The notes: generated by a model from the sequence alone, not told the origin. A DNA stretch of 64,000 nucleotides from Nannocystis bainbridge (GCF_028368995.1 NZ_JAQNDL010000001.1:3712001-3776000); one strand, 5' to 3'; numbered from the stretch's first letter, positions 1-13,325 are shown. Numbers and translations are program-made.

Positions 1-62
1 ACCGCCATGGCGACGGTCAGCACGAGCATCATGAGGGTCGCGGGATCGCGGGGCGCGGGCAT
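1..62 (-). CDS. 5' start of a probable membrane/secreted protein running off the window edge
   Basis: ATG at 62, 6 bp past the VKOR stop; reads MPAPRDPATLMMLVLTVAMA, a hydrophobic start. Confidence 0.5.
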   Translation of the reverse strand, partial: MPAPRDPATLMMLVLTVAMA

Positions 63-68
63 GACGAA

Positions 69-1382
69 TCAATCGGCTCTGGCGGGCGGAGCGGCCTGCA
101 GCTCGACATACATGCCGAGCTCGGCGAACGGGGTGTTGGCGAAGATCCAGAAGGGCGGGCGCGCCGGATCGATCTGGCCGTCTTTGGCGGCATGCACCGC
201 GATCGCAGGGACCGCCAGGTTCAGCGCCTCGGTGTGCCGCTGGTGAGCGGTGATCGTGGCGAGCACGCCGCGGTCCTCGTCGATGCAACGAAACAATGGA
301 TTGCTGCGGTCGTCCGGATCGATCTCCATGCCGAGGTCGACCGCGCGGTTGCCGACGCGCTCGGCGGTGAACAGCGGCTGGCCGGCCTGGCGATCGTCCT
401 GCAAGGCGAACAGGCCGCCGAGCAGGCGGAAGCCGGCGCCCGGATTCAGCTTCTCCATGCATTCGGCCGCGCGCGCGGCGAGGCAGGCGTTGTCGTCGCG
501 GGCGCGATCGTCGGTGCGCACGAACCCGGCCGGGAAGGCCACCGGATCACAGGCGTGGCGCGGCGCGTGGTAGATCCACAGCTGGACCGGCCGGGAGAAT
601 TGATGGTTGCGCAAGGCGTGGGCGAGCTGCTTGAACTTGCGCTTGCACGCGCTGCACGACATGTCGAGATAAGCCGCGAGGATCACCGGCGCGTCGGCGG
701 GCCCGAGGCGGATCGGCGCGATCGGCGAGGGCTCGGCCTGCTCGGGGCAGCCGTCGCGCACGCTGACGGTGTGGCGCATGCCGTGATAGGCGAGCGACTG
801 CACGCCGCTGGCGATCGTCAGCAGCATGCCGAGGCGGAACCCGGCGTCGATGAGCGAGGCGCGGCGATGACGAAACGCGATGCTCAGGCCGAACTGCTCG
901 CGCGGGTCGGCGGTGCGCCGCACGACCGCCGCGAATATCAACAGGAGCAGGGTGACGACGTACAGCGACAGGCAGAACGGACAGGGCGATTGCAGGATCG
1001 CAAACGCGTACACGGCATAGACGAGGCTCACCAGCGCGACCAGGAGCGCCATGCCCCACAGCAAGCCAGCGGCGCAGCCGCCGAGGAAATCGTGCCGGAC
1101 CAGCTGGCCGATCGCCAGTACCACCATGCACGCGTAGGCCGCCGTGCCCCAGGCGCTGATCGGCAGGCCGCCGACGATCGACCATGCCGCCCCGAGAGCG
1201 TCCTCGCAGCGCATCTCGCCGACCTGACAGCCGCCGCTCGGGGCGAGGCATGGGGTATAGACAATGCGGAATTTCAGGACGGTCAGGTAGGCGCCGATCG
1301 AGGCGCCGACGAGTCCGAGCATGGCGCAGGCGATCAGCGCTTGCCGGTAGAGGCCGGCGACAGCGAGCCGGGCGGTGCTCAT
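69..1382 (-). CDS. VKOR family protein fused to a DsbA/thioredoxin-like domain
   Basis: TM helices with loop Cys residues (GC..C) and CPFC motif typical of VKOR; C-terminal YLDMSCSAC CxxC thioredoxin-like domain; ATGA overlap with upstream kinase. Confidence 0.85.
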   Translation of the reverse strand: MSTARLAVAGLYRQALIACAMLGLVGASIGAYLTVLKFRIVYTPCLAPSGGCQVGEMRCEDALGAAWSIVGGLPISAWGTAAYACMVVLAIGQLVRHDFLGGCAAGLLWGMALLVALVSLVYAVYAFAILQSPCPFCLSLYVVTLLLLIFAAVVRRTADPREQFGLSIAFRHRRASLIDAGFRLGMLLTIASGVQSLAYHGMRHTVSVRDGCPEQAEPSPIAPIRLGPADAPVILAAYLDMSCSACKRKFKQLAHALRNHQFSRPVQLWIYHAPRHACDPVAFPAGFVRTDDRARDDNACLAARAAECMEKLNPGAGFRLLGGLFALQDDRQAGQPLFTAERVGNRAVDLGMEIDPDDRSNPLFRCIDEDRGVLATITAHQRHTEALNLAVPAIAVHAAKDGQIDPARPPFWIFANTPFAELGMYVELQAAPPARAD

Positions 1383-3334
1383 GGCTTGCCCGCCTTGTCG
1401 AGCGGCACGGGCACGAAATCGGCGCTCGACTGCGTCAATGTGTAGACAAACGCACCCCCGCGCGGGCTCTTGCCGAATGGGAACGACAGGGCCTTGCGAA
1501 AGCAGGCGCGAAGCTCACCATCGGCCGAATAGACGCGAATGTCCGCTGTGCCGCCCGGAGTGACATCGACGCGGAACTTGACGCTGGAGGTGACGCGGCC
1601 GCCCGTCATCATGCAGGTGGTACGCAGATACTTGAGCTGCTGGGCGATCTCCGAGCGCGCGGCCGTATAGGGGAAATTGGCCTCGGGCCGCGGCTTCGCA
1701 GGTGGAAGGTCGGTAGGCGGAGGTACTGGTGCTGAAGGCTGAGCGTCGGTCGGCGAAGGAGGCTTGGGTCCGGGTGACGTTTGCTTCGACTCGGATGCCG
1801 GCGGCGTTTGCGTTGACTCGGAGACCGGCGCGTCTTGCTTCGCCTTCGAGGGCGGCGCGTCTTGCTTCGCCTCCGGGGACGACGGCGGGGTTTGCTTCGT
1901 CTCCGGCGACGGCACGTTTTGCTTGGCCTCGGACGGAGACGGCGGATGGACCTGCGTGGCCTCGCCGGGCTCCGGCGCGACGATCGGCGCGGGTTCGCTG
2001 GGTGCTCGCTGGGTCTCGAGCGACGGCGGAGGTGCCTCGTGGGGCGCGTCCTTCGGCGCAATCTCGGCCGAGCCGCCGGTGAGACGCGGGTTCGTCCGGC
2101 GTTGCGTCGGGGAGCGCAATTCGGGTGACTTCGCGGGCGGGTGGTCGACGAGCGTGGGCGCGTTGGCCGTGACGACGTCGGGCGAGGCGTCGGCGGGCTT
2201 TACCAGCTGTGTGGCGACCACGAAGATGCCGATGGTCGAGAGCAGCGTGACGGCTCGGGCGGCGACCGCCCGCGGCGCGACGGTCTCAGCGGTCGAGCCG
2301 TGGCCCATGAGCGGGAACGGCCGGGGCTCTCCGCTCATCACACTGCCCTGAGGCAGCACCGCCGTCGCCGGCAGGCTGAAGGCCGCGCCCGAGACGCCGG
2401 CGCGGCGGATCCCCAGCACCGCGCAGATCGCCTGCGCCAGCTCGTCCGTGCTGGCATAGCGCTCACTGGGGTTCGCGGCCAGAGCCCGGAGGATGATCGC
2501 GTCGACGGCGGCAGGGATCGCCAGCTGCGGCGCGACACGGCTCGGCGGGATCCGCTCGCCGAGCACGTGCTTGCCCATGACCTCGAACGCGCTGTCGCCC
2601 CGGAACGGAGCGACGCCCGTCAGAAGCTTGTAGAGGGTGGCGCCGAGCGCATAAATATCGGTGCGTATGCCAGCCCGGGCGTCACCGGTGACGAGCTCCG
2701 GCGCGAGATAATCGGGCGTGCCGATCACCGTGCCCTTCTGCGTCGGGCCGGTGGGCGCGTCCACGTCGCGGGCGATGCCAAAATCGATAATCTTGATATG
2801 ATCGGGGTTGTCGTCGATCGTGATCCGGACACAATTGCTGGGCTTGATGTCGCGGTGAATAATGCCCTGGCGGTGAGCGCTGCCGAGGCCGCTGCACAGC
2901 TGCAAGGCGATCGGCCCCAGCCGCGTCCACGGCAGCGGACCCTCGCGTCGGAGCAGCACCTCGAGATCCTCACCGCGGAGGTACTCGAGCACGAGATAGA
3001 GCTCCCCGTGCGGCAAGGTCCCGACGTCGATGGCGTGCGCGACGTGGCTGCTGCGGACCTCCATCATGGCGCGCGCCTCGTTGAAGCACCGCGTCTGCAG
3101 CTCACTGCCGCGAGCAGGATGCGCCTCGACGACCTTGATCGCCAGCGACGCGCCCGTCCGCAAGTGCTTGCCGAGATACACGCGCCCCATGCCACCAGCC
3201 CCGAGCTTGCGCTCGACGCGATAGCGTCCCTCGATCTCGAGGCCGATGTACGGATCGGCCGGCGTCCGCCGCATGTTCGGTGCAGTGGCGGCGTCGTCGT
3301 CGAAGGCGGCCGCTTGCTCGGGCGGCCGCGTCAT
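1379..3334 (-). CDS. Membrane Ser/Thr protein kinase with Pro-rich linker and small two-Cys C-terminal domain
   Basis: LGAGGMGRVY, AIK, HRDIKPSN, DFG, GTPDYLAPE motifs; TM segment VTLLSTIGIFVVA. Confidence 0.93.
   Translation of the reverse strand: MTRPPEQAAAFDDDAATAPNMRRTPADPYIGLEIEGRYRVERKLGAGGMGRVYLGKHLRTGASLAIKVVEAHPARGSELQTRCFNEARAMMEVRSSHVAHAIDVGTLPHGELYLVLEYLRGEDLEVLLRREGPLPWTRLGPIALQLCSGLGSAHRQGIIHRDIKPSNCVRITIDDNPDHIKIIDFGIARDVDAPTGPTQKGTVIGTPDYLAPELVTGDARAGIRTDIYALGATLYKLLTGVAPFRGDSAFEVMGKHVLGERIPPSRVAPQLAIPAAVDAIILRALAANPSERYASTDELAQAICAVLGIRRAGVSGAAFSLPATAVLPQGSVMSGEPRPFPLMGHGSTAETVAPRAVAARAVTLLSTIGIFVVATQLVKPADASPDVVTANAPTLVDHPPAKSPELRSPTQRRTNPRLTGGSAEIAPKDAPHEAPPPSLETQRAPSEPAPIVAPEPGEATQVHPPSPSEAKQNVPSPETKQTPPSSPEAKQDAPPSKAKQDAPVSESTQTPPASESKQTSPGPKPPSPTDAQPSAPVPPPTDLPPAKPRPEANFPYTAARSEIAQQLKYLRTTCMMTGGRVTSSVKFRVDVTPGGTADIRVYSADGELRACFRKALSFPFGKSPRGGAFVYTLTQSSADFVPVPLDKAGKP
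1770..1970 (-). repeat. Intragenic degenerate repeats (E-x-K/T-Q-x-x-P) in the kinase linker
   Basis: About 7 units of 9-11 aa: EATQVHPP, EAKQNVP, ETKQTPP, EAKQDAPP, KAKQDAP, ESTQTPP, ESKQTSP. Confidence 0.75.
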
Positions 3335-3606
3335 TCGAAGCTCCCGGGCGAGGTTGTGGCGATGGCCGAGCTTGGGGAGCTCTCGCTACATGCCTTCGAC
3401 ACCTGCATCATCGTGCCTCCACACCGTTTCGCGTCGCTGCATAGGCGAGTACAGGTCGTCGACGCGTCGCGGCTCCGGCCTATCATCGCGTCCGTCGCGC
3501 TACATGAAGTGGGAACACAGCTGGTCACGCCTGGGCTGTGACGCCGCGGACCGCAAGCCACAGGGCCAGCGGCAAATGGCTCAGAGGCATGGGAGCGTGG
3601 GAGCAT
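3331..3606 (-). pseudogene. Frameshifted, truncated remnant of a fourth Cys-rich lipoprotein start
   Basis: Begins ATGCTC like the paralogs; SPGVTSCVPTSC matches [12 protein letters not shown]; LPLALWL in a shifted frame matches LPLALLV; shared CCCACTTCATG. Confidence 0.65.
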
Positions 3607-3622
3607 GGTCTGAATTCGAGGA

Positions 3623-4987
3623 TCAGAGATGGTCCTGAAAGCAATAAACGTGGAGAGCTGTGCCGCAACCGTGGGGGTTGAGCTTGCCGTCGTTCAGTTC
3701 GGTCCAATCGGCATTGATCGCGGTGGTGACTCCTAGGCGGCCGCTTGGTTCAAGTTCTGGCGATGTCCAGCTTTGGCAATGCTCCTCGCCCGCCTTTGCG
3801 CCGCCTGCGGCGGTGTTGGACCAGACTTTCTTGGGAGCCACCGGGTCCGAACCTGCCTCGGTGAGGTTGATGGCAGCTGCGAGCGTCCCGTCGGTGAGGT
3901 CGGACCAGCCCTTGGCCACCGGGGTGCCATCGACGAGTTGGTACCAGCCGGTGAAAGTTTTGTCGAAGCGCGTGGCGGGGGAGCCGGTGTCGTCGCTCAG
4001 CCACGCGCGCCAGGCGGTGCCGGGGAGCTCGGGAGCAGCGATCATGCCGGCCGCAGCGCACTTCATGTCGGCGCCGGCGAGGCCGCCGAGGTTGCCATTG
4101 TGGATCGTGCTCGTCACGAACACGAGGCGCGGCTTGATGCACGCGTTGCTGCATGCGTCCTCGTCGACCTCGTTGCCGTCGTCGCATTCCTCGCCCGCTT
4201 GCGGGATGCCGTCGCCGCACCGCGTGCAGTCGCTGCGGCATTCGACCTCGTCCTCGTTGCCGTCGTCGCAAGACTCCCCGGCCGCGGGGTTGTGGTGGCC
4301 GTCGCCGCACTCCGCCGGGGTGCAGTCGCTGTCGCACGTCGGGGTCTCGCCGCCCTCGTCGCAAACCTCGGGCGCGCTCACGATGCCGTCACCGCAGCTG
4401 CAGTCGCCGCAGCTCCCGTCCTCGCTCGCCTCCTGACAGACCCCATCGCCGCAGTGCGGCGCCTTGCCCGTGCACGCCGTGTTGCAGGGCGCCTCGTCCG
4501 CGTTTTCCGTGTAGTCGTCCGAGTTCTCCGCCCCGTCGTCGCACGCCTCGTCGGCCGCCGGGTTGTGCATCCCGTCCCCGCACATCGCCGGCGTGCAGTC
4601 CGCGTCGCAGGTCGGCGTGTTGCCGCCCAGGTCGCACGCCTCCGTCGCCTGCATCGCCTTGTCCCCGCACCACTCCGGGTACGTCCCCGTGCAGCTCGCG
4701 TTGCAGTGCTTCGCCCCCGTGTACGCGTCGGAGTTGCACACCCCTTCATCGTCGCAGTCCTGGCCGTCGTCGCACGTCTCCCCGGGGTCCACCACGCCGT
4801 TGCCGCACTGGCCCGGGCCCGTCGTCGTCACGTCCGTCGTCGTGTCCGTCGTCGGGTCCGTCGTGCCGCATGAAGTGGGACCGCAATCAGTCGCGCCAGG
4901 GCTGTCGGAGCTACAGCCGACAACGCCTGAAACAAGTAGCGCGAGCGGAAGCGCGGAGCGGAGCAGTTCGAGAGCCTGGGCGAGCAT
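3623..4987 (-). CDS. Cys-rich (DUF4215-like) lipoprotein with C-terminal DUF1554/endostatin-like domain, array copy 3
   Basis: Lipobox VVGC, Thr linker, CGDG..E.CDDGN repeats, [27 protein letters not shown]; ATG at 4987. Confidence 0.88.
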   Translation of the reverse strand: MLAQALELLRSALPLALLVSGVVGCSSDSPGATDCGPTSCGTTDPTTDTTTDVTTTGPGQCGNGVVDPGETCDDGQDCDDEGVCNSDAYTGAKHCNASCTGTYPEWCGDKAMQATEACDLGGNTPTCDADCTPAMCGDGMHNPAADEACDDGAENSDDYTENADEAPCNTACTGKAPHCGDGVCQEASEDGSCGDCSCGDGIVSAPEVCDEGGETPTCDSDCTPAECGDGHHNPAAGESCDDGNEDEVECRSDCTRCGDGIPQAGEECDDGNEVDEDACSNACIKPRLVFVTSTIHNGNLGGLAGADMKCAAAGMIAAPELPGTAWRAWLSDDTGSPATRFDKTFTGWYQLVDGTPVAKGWSDLTDGTLAAAINLTEAGSDPVAPKKVWSNTAAGGAKAGEEHCQSWTSPELEPSGRLGVTTAINADWTELNDGKLNPHGCGTALHVYCFQDHL

Positions 4988-7621
4988 GGATGGGATTGAT
5001 TCAGGGAGTATTCTGGAAGCAGTATAAGTGGAAACTGTTGCTGCAGTTGAGCGGGTTGTTGCCCGCGTCTTCAACGTCGGTCCAGTCCGAGTTCGCCGCG
5101 GTCGTGTCTCCTAGACGGCCTTTTGGTGGAATTGCTGAGGACGCCCAATTATTGCAGTGCTCGGAACCGGCTTTCGCTCCGGCCAAATCCGAATTGGACC
5201 ACGCCCCGAAGGGCTCTCCGGAGATTTGACCGGCCTCGGTGAGGTTGATGGCGGCTGCGAGCGTCCCGTCGGTGAGGTCCGACCAGCCCTTGGCTACTGG
5301 GGTGCCGTCGACGAGCCGGTACCAGCCGGTGAAAGTTTTGTCGAAGCGCGAGGAGGGAGAGCCGGTGTCGTCGCTGAGCCAGGCGCGCCACGCGGTGGCG
5401 GGGAGCTCGGGAGCGGCGGTCATGCCGGCCGCAGCGCACTTCATGTCGGCGCCGGCGAGCCCGCCGAGGTTGCCGTCGAACTTTGCGCTCGTCACGAACA
5501 CGAGGCGCGGCTTGATGCACGCGTTGCTGCATGCGTCCTCGTCGACATCGTTGCCGTCGTCACACTCTTCGCCCACCTGCGGGATGCCGTCGCCGCACCG
5601 CGTGCAGTCGCTGCGACATTCGACCTCGTCCTCGTTGCCGTCGTCGCAAGACTCCCCGGCCGCGGGGTTGTGGTGGCCGTCGCCGCACTCCGCCGGGGTG
5701 CAGTCGCTGTCGCACGTCGGGGTCTCGCCGCCCTCGTCGCAAACCTCGGGCGCGCTCACGATGCCGTCACCGCAGCTGCAGTCGCCGCAGCTCCCGTCCT
5801 CGCTCGCCTCCTGACAGACCCCATCGCCGCAGTGCGGCGCCTTGCCCGTGCACGCCGTGTTGCAGGGCGCCTCGTCCGCGTTGTCCGTGTAGGCGTCCGA
5901 GTTCTCCGCGCCGTCGTCGCACGCCTCGTCGGCCGCCGGGTTGTGCATCCCGTCCCCGCACATCGCCGGCGTGCAGTCCGCGTCGCAGGTCGGCGTGTTG
6001 CCGCCCAGGTCGCACGCCTCCGTCGCCTGCATCGCCTTGTCCCCGCACCACTCCGGATACGTCCCCGTACAGCTCGCGTTGCAGTGCTTCGCCCCCGTGT
6101 ACGCGTCGGAGTTGCACACCCCGTCATCGTCGCAATCCTGGCCGTCGTCGCAGGTCTCTCCGGCCTCGACCACGCCGTTGCCGCACTGGCCCGGGCCTGT
6201 CGTCGTCACGTCCATCGTCGTGTCCGTCGTCGGGTCCGTCGTGCCGCATGAAGTGGGACCGCAATCAGTCGCGCCAGGGCTGTCGGAGCTACAGCCGACA
6301 ACGCCTGAAACAAGTAGCGCGAGCGGAAGCGCGGAGCGGAGCAGTTCGAGAGCCTGGGCGAGCATGGATGGGATTGATTCAGGGAGTATTCTGGAAGCAG
6401 TATAAGTGGAAACTGTTGCTGCAGTTGAGCGGGTTGTTGCCCGCGTCTTCAACGTCGGTCCAGTCCGAGTTCGCCGCGGTCGTGTCTCCTAGACGGCCTT
6501 TTGGTGGAATTGCTGAGGACGCCCAATTATTGCAGTGCTCGGAACCGGCTTTCGCTCCGGCCAAATCCGAATTGGACCACGCCCCGAAGGGCTCTCCGGA
6601 GATTTGACCGGCCTCGGTGAGGTTGATGGCGGCTGCGAGCGTCCCGTCGGTGAGGTCCGACCAGCCCTTGACGACCGGGGTGCCATCGACGAGCTGGTAC
6701 CAGCCGGTGAAAGTCTTGTCGAAGCGCGTGGAGGGGGAGCCGGTGTCGTCGCTCAGCCACGCCCGCCAGCCGGTGGCGGGGAGCTCGGGAGCGGCGGTCA
6801 TGCCGGCGGTGGCGCAAATCATGTCGGCGCCGGCGAGGCCCCCGAGGTTACCCTTGAAGTCCTCCGCCGTCACGAACACGAGGCGCGGCTTGATGCACGC
6901 GTTGCTGCATGCATCCTCGTCGACATCGTTGCCGTCGTCACACTCTTCGCCCACCTGCGGGATGCCGTCGCCGCACCGCGTGCAGTCGCTGCGGCATTCG
7001 ACCTCGTCCTCGTTGCCGTCGTCGCAAGACTCCCCGGCCGCGGGGTTGTGGTGGCCGTCGCCGCACTCCGCCGGGGTGCAGTCGCTGTCGCACGTCGGGG
7101 TCTCGCCGCCCTCGTCGCAAACCTCGGGCGCGCTCACGATGCCGTCGCCGCAGCTGCAGTCGCCGCAGCTCCCGTCCTCGCTCGCCTCCTGACAGACCCC
7201 ATCGCCGCAGTGCGGCGCCTTGCCCGTGCACGCCGTGTTGCAGGGCGCCTCGTCCGCGTTTTCCGTGTAGGCGTCCGAGTTCTCCGCCCCGTCGTCGCAC
7301 GCCTCGTCGGCCGCCGGGTTGTGCATCCCGTCCCCGCACATCGCCGGCGTGCAGTCCGCGTCGCAGGTCGGCGTGTTGCCGCCCAGGTCGCACGCCTCCG
7401 TCGCCTGCATCGCCTTGTCCCCGCACCACTCCGGATACGTCCCCGTACAGCTCGCGTTGCAGTGCTTCGCCCCCGTGTACGCGTCGGAGTTGCACACCCC
7501 TTCATCGTCGCAATCCTGGCCGTCGTCGCACGTCTCTCCGGCCTCGACCACGCCGTTGCCGCACTGGCCCGGGCCTGTCGTCGTCACGTCCATCGTCGTG
7601 TCCGTCGTCGGGTCCGTCGTC
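3855..7621. repeat. Tandem direct repeat, period 1378 bp (about 2.7 units)
   Basis: Stop codons at 3623, 5001 and 6379 are exactly 1378 bp apart; near-identical sequence at that offset. Confidence 0.92.
5001..6365 (-). CDS. Cys-rich lipoprotein with DUF1554-like domain, array copy 2
   Basis: Same architecture; N-terminus identical to copy 3, last ~90 aa identical to copy 1; ATG at 6365. Confidence 0.88.
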   Translation of the reverse strand: MLAQALELLRSALPLALLVSGVVGCSSDSPGATDCGPTSCGTTDPTTDTTMDVTTTGPGQCGNGVVEAGETCDDGQDCDDDGVCNSDAYTGAKHCNASCTGTYPEWCGDKAMQATEACDLGGNTPTCDADCTPAMCGDGMHNPAADEACDDGAENSDAYTDNADEAPCNTACTGKAPHCGDGVCQEASEDGSCGDCSCGDGIVSAPEVCDEGGETPTCDSDCTPAECGDGHHNPAAGESCDDGNEDEVECRSDCTRCGDGIPQVGEECDDGNDVDEDACSNACIKPRLVFVTSAKFDGNLGGLAGADMKCAAAGMTAAPELPATAWRAWLSDDTGSPSSRFDKTFTGWYRLVDGTPVAKGWSDLTDGTLAAAINLTEAGQISGEPFGAWSNSDLAGAKAGSEHCNNWASSAIPPKGRLGDTTAANSDWTDVEDAGNNPLNCSNSFHLYCFQNTP

Positions 7622-7758
7622 GTGCTGGTGCTCGACTCGGCCGGCGCCCAGCACGGCGCAGTGAGGCATTTGCCTGGCACGTCGGCGCAACCCGTCAGGG
7701 CGGCGAGGACAGCGGTGAGAGCAACGACCGGGAGCGCGGCACGTCGAGAGGCGAGCAC
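6379..7758 (-). CDS. Cys-rich lipoprotein with DUF1554-like domain, array copy 1
   Basis: Probable GTG start at 7758 giving signal [20 protein letters not shown]; stalk near-identical to copies 2 and 3; start codon uncertain. Confidence 0.85.
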   Translation of the reverse strand: MLASRRAALPVVALTAVLAALTGCADVPGKCLTAPCWAPAESSTSTTTDPTTDTTMDVTTTGPGQCGNGVVEAGETCDDGQDCDDEGVCNSDAYTGAKHCNASCTGTYPEWCGDKAMQATEACDLGGNTPTCDADCTPAMCGDGMHNPAADEACDDGAENSDAYTENADEAPCNTACTGKAPHCGDGVCQEASEDGSCGDCSCGDGIVSAPEVCDEGGETPTCDSDCTPAECGDGHHNPAAGESCDDGNEDEVECRSDCTRCGDGIPQVGEECDDGNDVDEDACSNACIKPRLVFVTAEDFKGNLGGLAGADMICATAGMTAAPELPATGWRAWLSDDTGSPSTRFDKTFTGWYQLVDGTPVVKGWSDLTDGTLAAAINLTEAGQISGEPFGAWSNSDLAGAKAGSEHCNNWASSAIPPKGRLGDTTAANSDWTDVEDAGNNPLNCSNSFHLYCFQNTP

Positions 7759-8494
7759 AGGGTCCGAAGCTAGCGAAGGCGACGCAGCCGCGCAAGGGCT
7801 TCTCTTGCTGGAACCGCGTTCTGCGGTGGGTTCTCTGCGCTCATCGAGGGACTCGACCGCAAGATCGCAAGGATCGGCAGGAGGCGCATGGGTTCGCCCA
7901 CGCACCTCGTGCGCGGGGTCCTGCTCGTCTCGACCAGGAGTCCGGTAGCCCTTGGGCTTACCCCGCGCGAGTATGTTCCACAGGGAGAGCCCGCAGGTCC
8001 CCAGGCTCGCAAATTCCGCCACCTGTCTCAAAGAACTGGTGGCGACGCATCAGCTCCGCGCTCCCTGTGGTCAGAGGCAGCAGAAGCACGCGAGCTCGCG
8101 CCTCGCTACGGTTCAAATCGAGAGAACACGCAGCAGATGTCTGGGCGGGCCCGAAGCGCAATTCACGCGCGATCAGAGCTACGAACCGGATACGCGCGAG
8201 TACAAACGGTCGACAGACTGGCGCACCCCTGAACTTGGCGAGGCGGGCCGTACGCATCAGACTTGAGGATGCGGCCGCGAGGGACAGCGGAGCTAGCGAC
8301 GATCACCTGAGGGTGAGCGGGTACCCGTTGCGAGATTCTCGAGAAATCGCCGGTGGAGCAGCACTGGTCGCATGACCACTGCGGCATGTCACTCGTGCGC
8401 AGCCAAGCGCTGGGACCGCAACAATCTAGACGATTGGGCCGGCCTCGGTCGCACGACCCTGGTTTTTGTGCTGCTGGTGTGGGATGCTCGCAGC

Positions 8495-9658
8495 ATGAGA
8501 CGTTTCACTCAGGGTCGAGCTCGGTTTCTCGCTGCCTGCGCGGGTGGTTTGTGGAGCTCGCTGGGATTGGCTTGTTCAGACTTGTCCGCGGGCACGGACA
8601 CCGCGGGCCCTCAAGCTGATAGCAATAGCGGTAGCACTTCCACGACTACGGAACCGTCGATGACGGACACGACCGGACTGCCGACCTCGACGAGCCCTAC
8701 CGGCGCGTCCATGGCTTCGGACGATGCTCCAGGCTGCGGAAACGGCGTTCTCGAGGGCGAAGAAGAGTGCGATGACGGGAACTTGGAAGTGCGCGATGCT
8801 TGCCTACCCAATTGCGAGACCGCAAGATGCGGCGATGGGGTCGTCTGGACCGGAATGGAAGAGTGCGACGACGGCAACGGGATCGATGACTCGTGTACGA
8901 ACGTCTGCGCCATGGCTGGTTGCGGCGATGGGATCGTCTGGGTCGGGCAGGAGGAGTGCGACGACGGCAACCAGTCGGACCACGACATGTGCACGAACAA
9001 GTGCCAGAAGATCGAATGCGGCGATGGCGCATTGCAAGGCGAGGAAGAGTGTGACGACGGCAACGCGATCGACACAGATGACTGCAGCAACGCATGTGTG
9101 GCATCACGGTTTGTCTTCGTCACATCGATCGACTTCAACGGAGATCTAAAACAGCACACCCAGCAGCCATACTACGTCGATGTGGATGACCAACTCACGG
9201 GGCTGGATCGTGCAGACGCGCTCTGCGAGGCGGTCGCCGAGCACGGTGATTTATCAAGCGAGCGCCCCTGGCGCGCCTGGCTCAGCGATGACACCGGTTC
9301 GCCCTCGACCCGCTTCGACAGCTCGTTCGCTGGCTACTACCGGCTCCTCGACGGCAAACCTGTCACGAAAGGATTCGCAGGGCTGGCCATCTCTCCGCTC
9401 CTGAATGCCATCAACGTGGACGAGGACGGTTCCAACCCGAACGTTACCGGGGCCGCCTGGACGAACACGAATCCAGACGGAACCGTCACCGACATGACGA
9501 ATCACTGCGAAAATTGGACTCAAGGAGGAGAACTTCGCGTCAAGTCTTCCCCCGGCCTTATCGACGTCACGGACGAGACATGGACCATCTACGGCAAGAT
9601 CGTTACCTGTGCTGGCGGCCTCCACCTTTACTGCTTTCAGGATGTTGCCCGCCCATGA
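8495..9658 (+). CDS. Cys-rich (DUF4215-like) lipoprotein with DUF1554-like domain, divergent paralog
   Basis: MRRFTQ..LGLAC lipobox; [11 protein letters not shown] repeats; [28 protein letters not shown]; more A/T-ending codons than neighbours. Confidence 0.85.
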   Translation: MRRFTQGRARFLAACAGGLWSSLGLACSDLSAGTDTAGPQADSNSGSTSTTTEPSMTDTTGLPTSTSPTGASMASDDAPGCGNGVLEGEEECDDGNLEVRDACLPNCETARCGDGVVWTGMEECDDGNGIDDSCTNVCAMAGCGDGIVWVGQEECDDGNQSDHDMCTNKCQKIECGDGALQGEEECDDGNAIDTDDCSNACVASRFVFVTSIDFNGDLKQHTQQPYYVDVDDQLTGLDRADALCEAVAEHGDLSSERPWRAWLSDDTGSPSTRFDSSFAGYYRLLDGKPVTKGFAGLAISPLLNAINVDEDGSNPNVTGAAWTNTNPDGTVTDMTNHCENWTQGGELRVKSSPGLIDVTDETWTIYGKIVTCAGGLHLYCFQDVARP

Positions 9659-9935
9659 GAGCTCGATCCTACAACTAACGTCGCGAGAGACGCTCTGGGG
9701 CGCTACAGCAACACCGCTCCGAGAGGCGAAGGTGTGACGGGACGCGCCCGGGGTAGGCGCTGCGGTCATAGTCGTGCATGCTGGGCCTCGCAGCATGCCG
9801 GCTCGGTCCCATCACTGCAGCCCCAGCGTCCGATGGTGAAGCCGAGGCCGCGGAGACAAAGAGCGCGGACGCCGACACCGGCCTGCTCCACGCTTGCGCA
9901 GCGCCTCCGCCCGCTCTCCCAGAAATAGGGCCGAA

Positions 9936-9960
9936 GCCGCGAGTCCCAGGGACTCGCGGC
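9936..9960. terminator. Perfect inverted repeat between convergent genes, possible bidirectional terminator
   Basis: GCCGCGAGTCCC-A-GGGACTCGCGGC; no clear U-tract. Confidence 0.5.
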
Positions 9961-10018
9961 TCTCATGCGGACTTGACGCGTTCAGCGAGTGCGCTCAAGT
10001 CGTTGTCACCTTCAGGCT

Positions 10019-12349
<2,331 letters not shown>

Positions 12350-13099
12350 CGGGCGACGCTACCGACAGGCTCGTCGGCAAGCAACTGCCATCCCGCGGCC
12401 GCCGGCTGCGGCGTGCACCGGCGCACGCGACCGCCCCGCTCGCGCACACGACCGGACGACCGCGGCACCGCGAATCCGCGGCGACTGCACGTCCGTCGGC
12501 GACGCTCCGCGAGAGCCGCCCCGCGAGCGCGTGCAGGCGAACGCGCTCGACCGCTGCGACGCCCCGGCGAGCCAACAGCCGCGCTGCGAGACCCACGGGA
12601 CCTGGAGCCGCCGCCGGCCTCGCGCTCGCCGACGGCTGGGCGTGCCCGGCTCGTCCGCGGGCCGGGGCCCACTGTGCACAGGCTGGGTCACGCCGCCCGG
12701 CGGCCGTGAGCGTGCATCTCGCCCTCGCACGAGCCCGGGCCGCGGGCTGATGAGGGGACCGCGGCGATGCTGGCTATCAAACACGACAGGCGCCGGCTCC
12801 TGGATCGGCGATCGCCGATCGGCGCAGGCGGGCTCGTCCATCGCTCACATGAACGACCGCTCATCGAGGCGCGGCGCGGATCTGCGCGTCCGACGATTGC
12901 AATCACAGCAGCCGGCGAATCAGGCGGCGAGGGCGAGCCGGGCCGCCTGGCCCCATCCATCGACTCGCTGCAAGATCGCCGGAGCACGGCGAGGCCGCGC
13001 GGCTCTTTCAACATGTCTCTTGGCGCATGTCCTTAAAAACATTCTATACAGCCGCGGCAATTGTCTCCACGGGCGCTCTCGCCCTGCGCGGGGTGGTCG

Positions 13100-13143
13100 C
13101 TTGACGGGCACGGCGAGTTGGGGCATCTTGCGCGCCCGTCAAG
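13100..13143 (+). promoter_or_regulatory. Candidate sigma70-type promoter overlapped by an inverted repeat, upstream of the RNA repair operon
   Basis: TTGACG-17bp-CATCTT; arms CTTGACGGGC (13100-13109) and GCCCGTCAAG (13134-13143). Confidence 0.45.
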
Positions 13144-13325
13144 GGGTCACGCCTCATGCCCGTCTCGGCCCGTTGAGCGCCTGCGCGCTCCCTCGTCCCC
13201 GGCAGTCGCCATTCGTGGCCTCTCGTCGAATGCTCCGTGGCCGCCCGGCCGCGCGGCCGTCGACGCGATAGCGAGCAGCCGGGGGGCCCAGCGGGAGCGG
13301 CCGGCGGCGCGAAGGAGCGTCCGTC

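Noticed and set aside
4988-5074. Extended N-termini of array copies 2 and 3 in the ORF track
   Set aside because: They overlap the upstream paralog; ATGs at 4987 and 6365 give proper lipoprotein signals
3623-7758. Diversity-generating retroelement (variable C-terminal lectin-like domains in repeats)
   Set aside because: No reverse transcriptase in the window; differences between copies are not adenine-specific and include many synonymous changes
12350-13000. Possible gene or ncRNA in the long intergenic region
   Set aside because: Only Arg/Ala/Pro-rich ORFs without codon bias, and no RNA family I can recognise by eye
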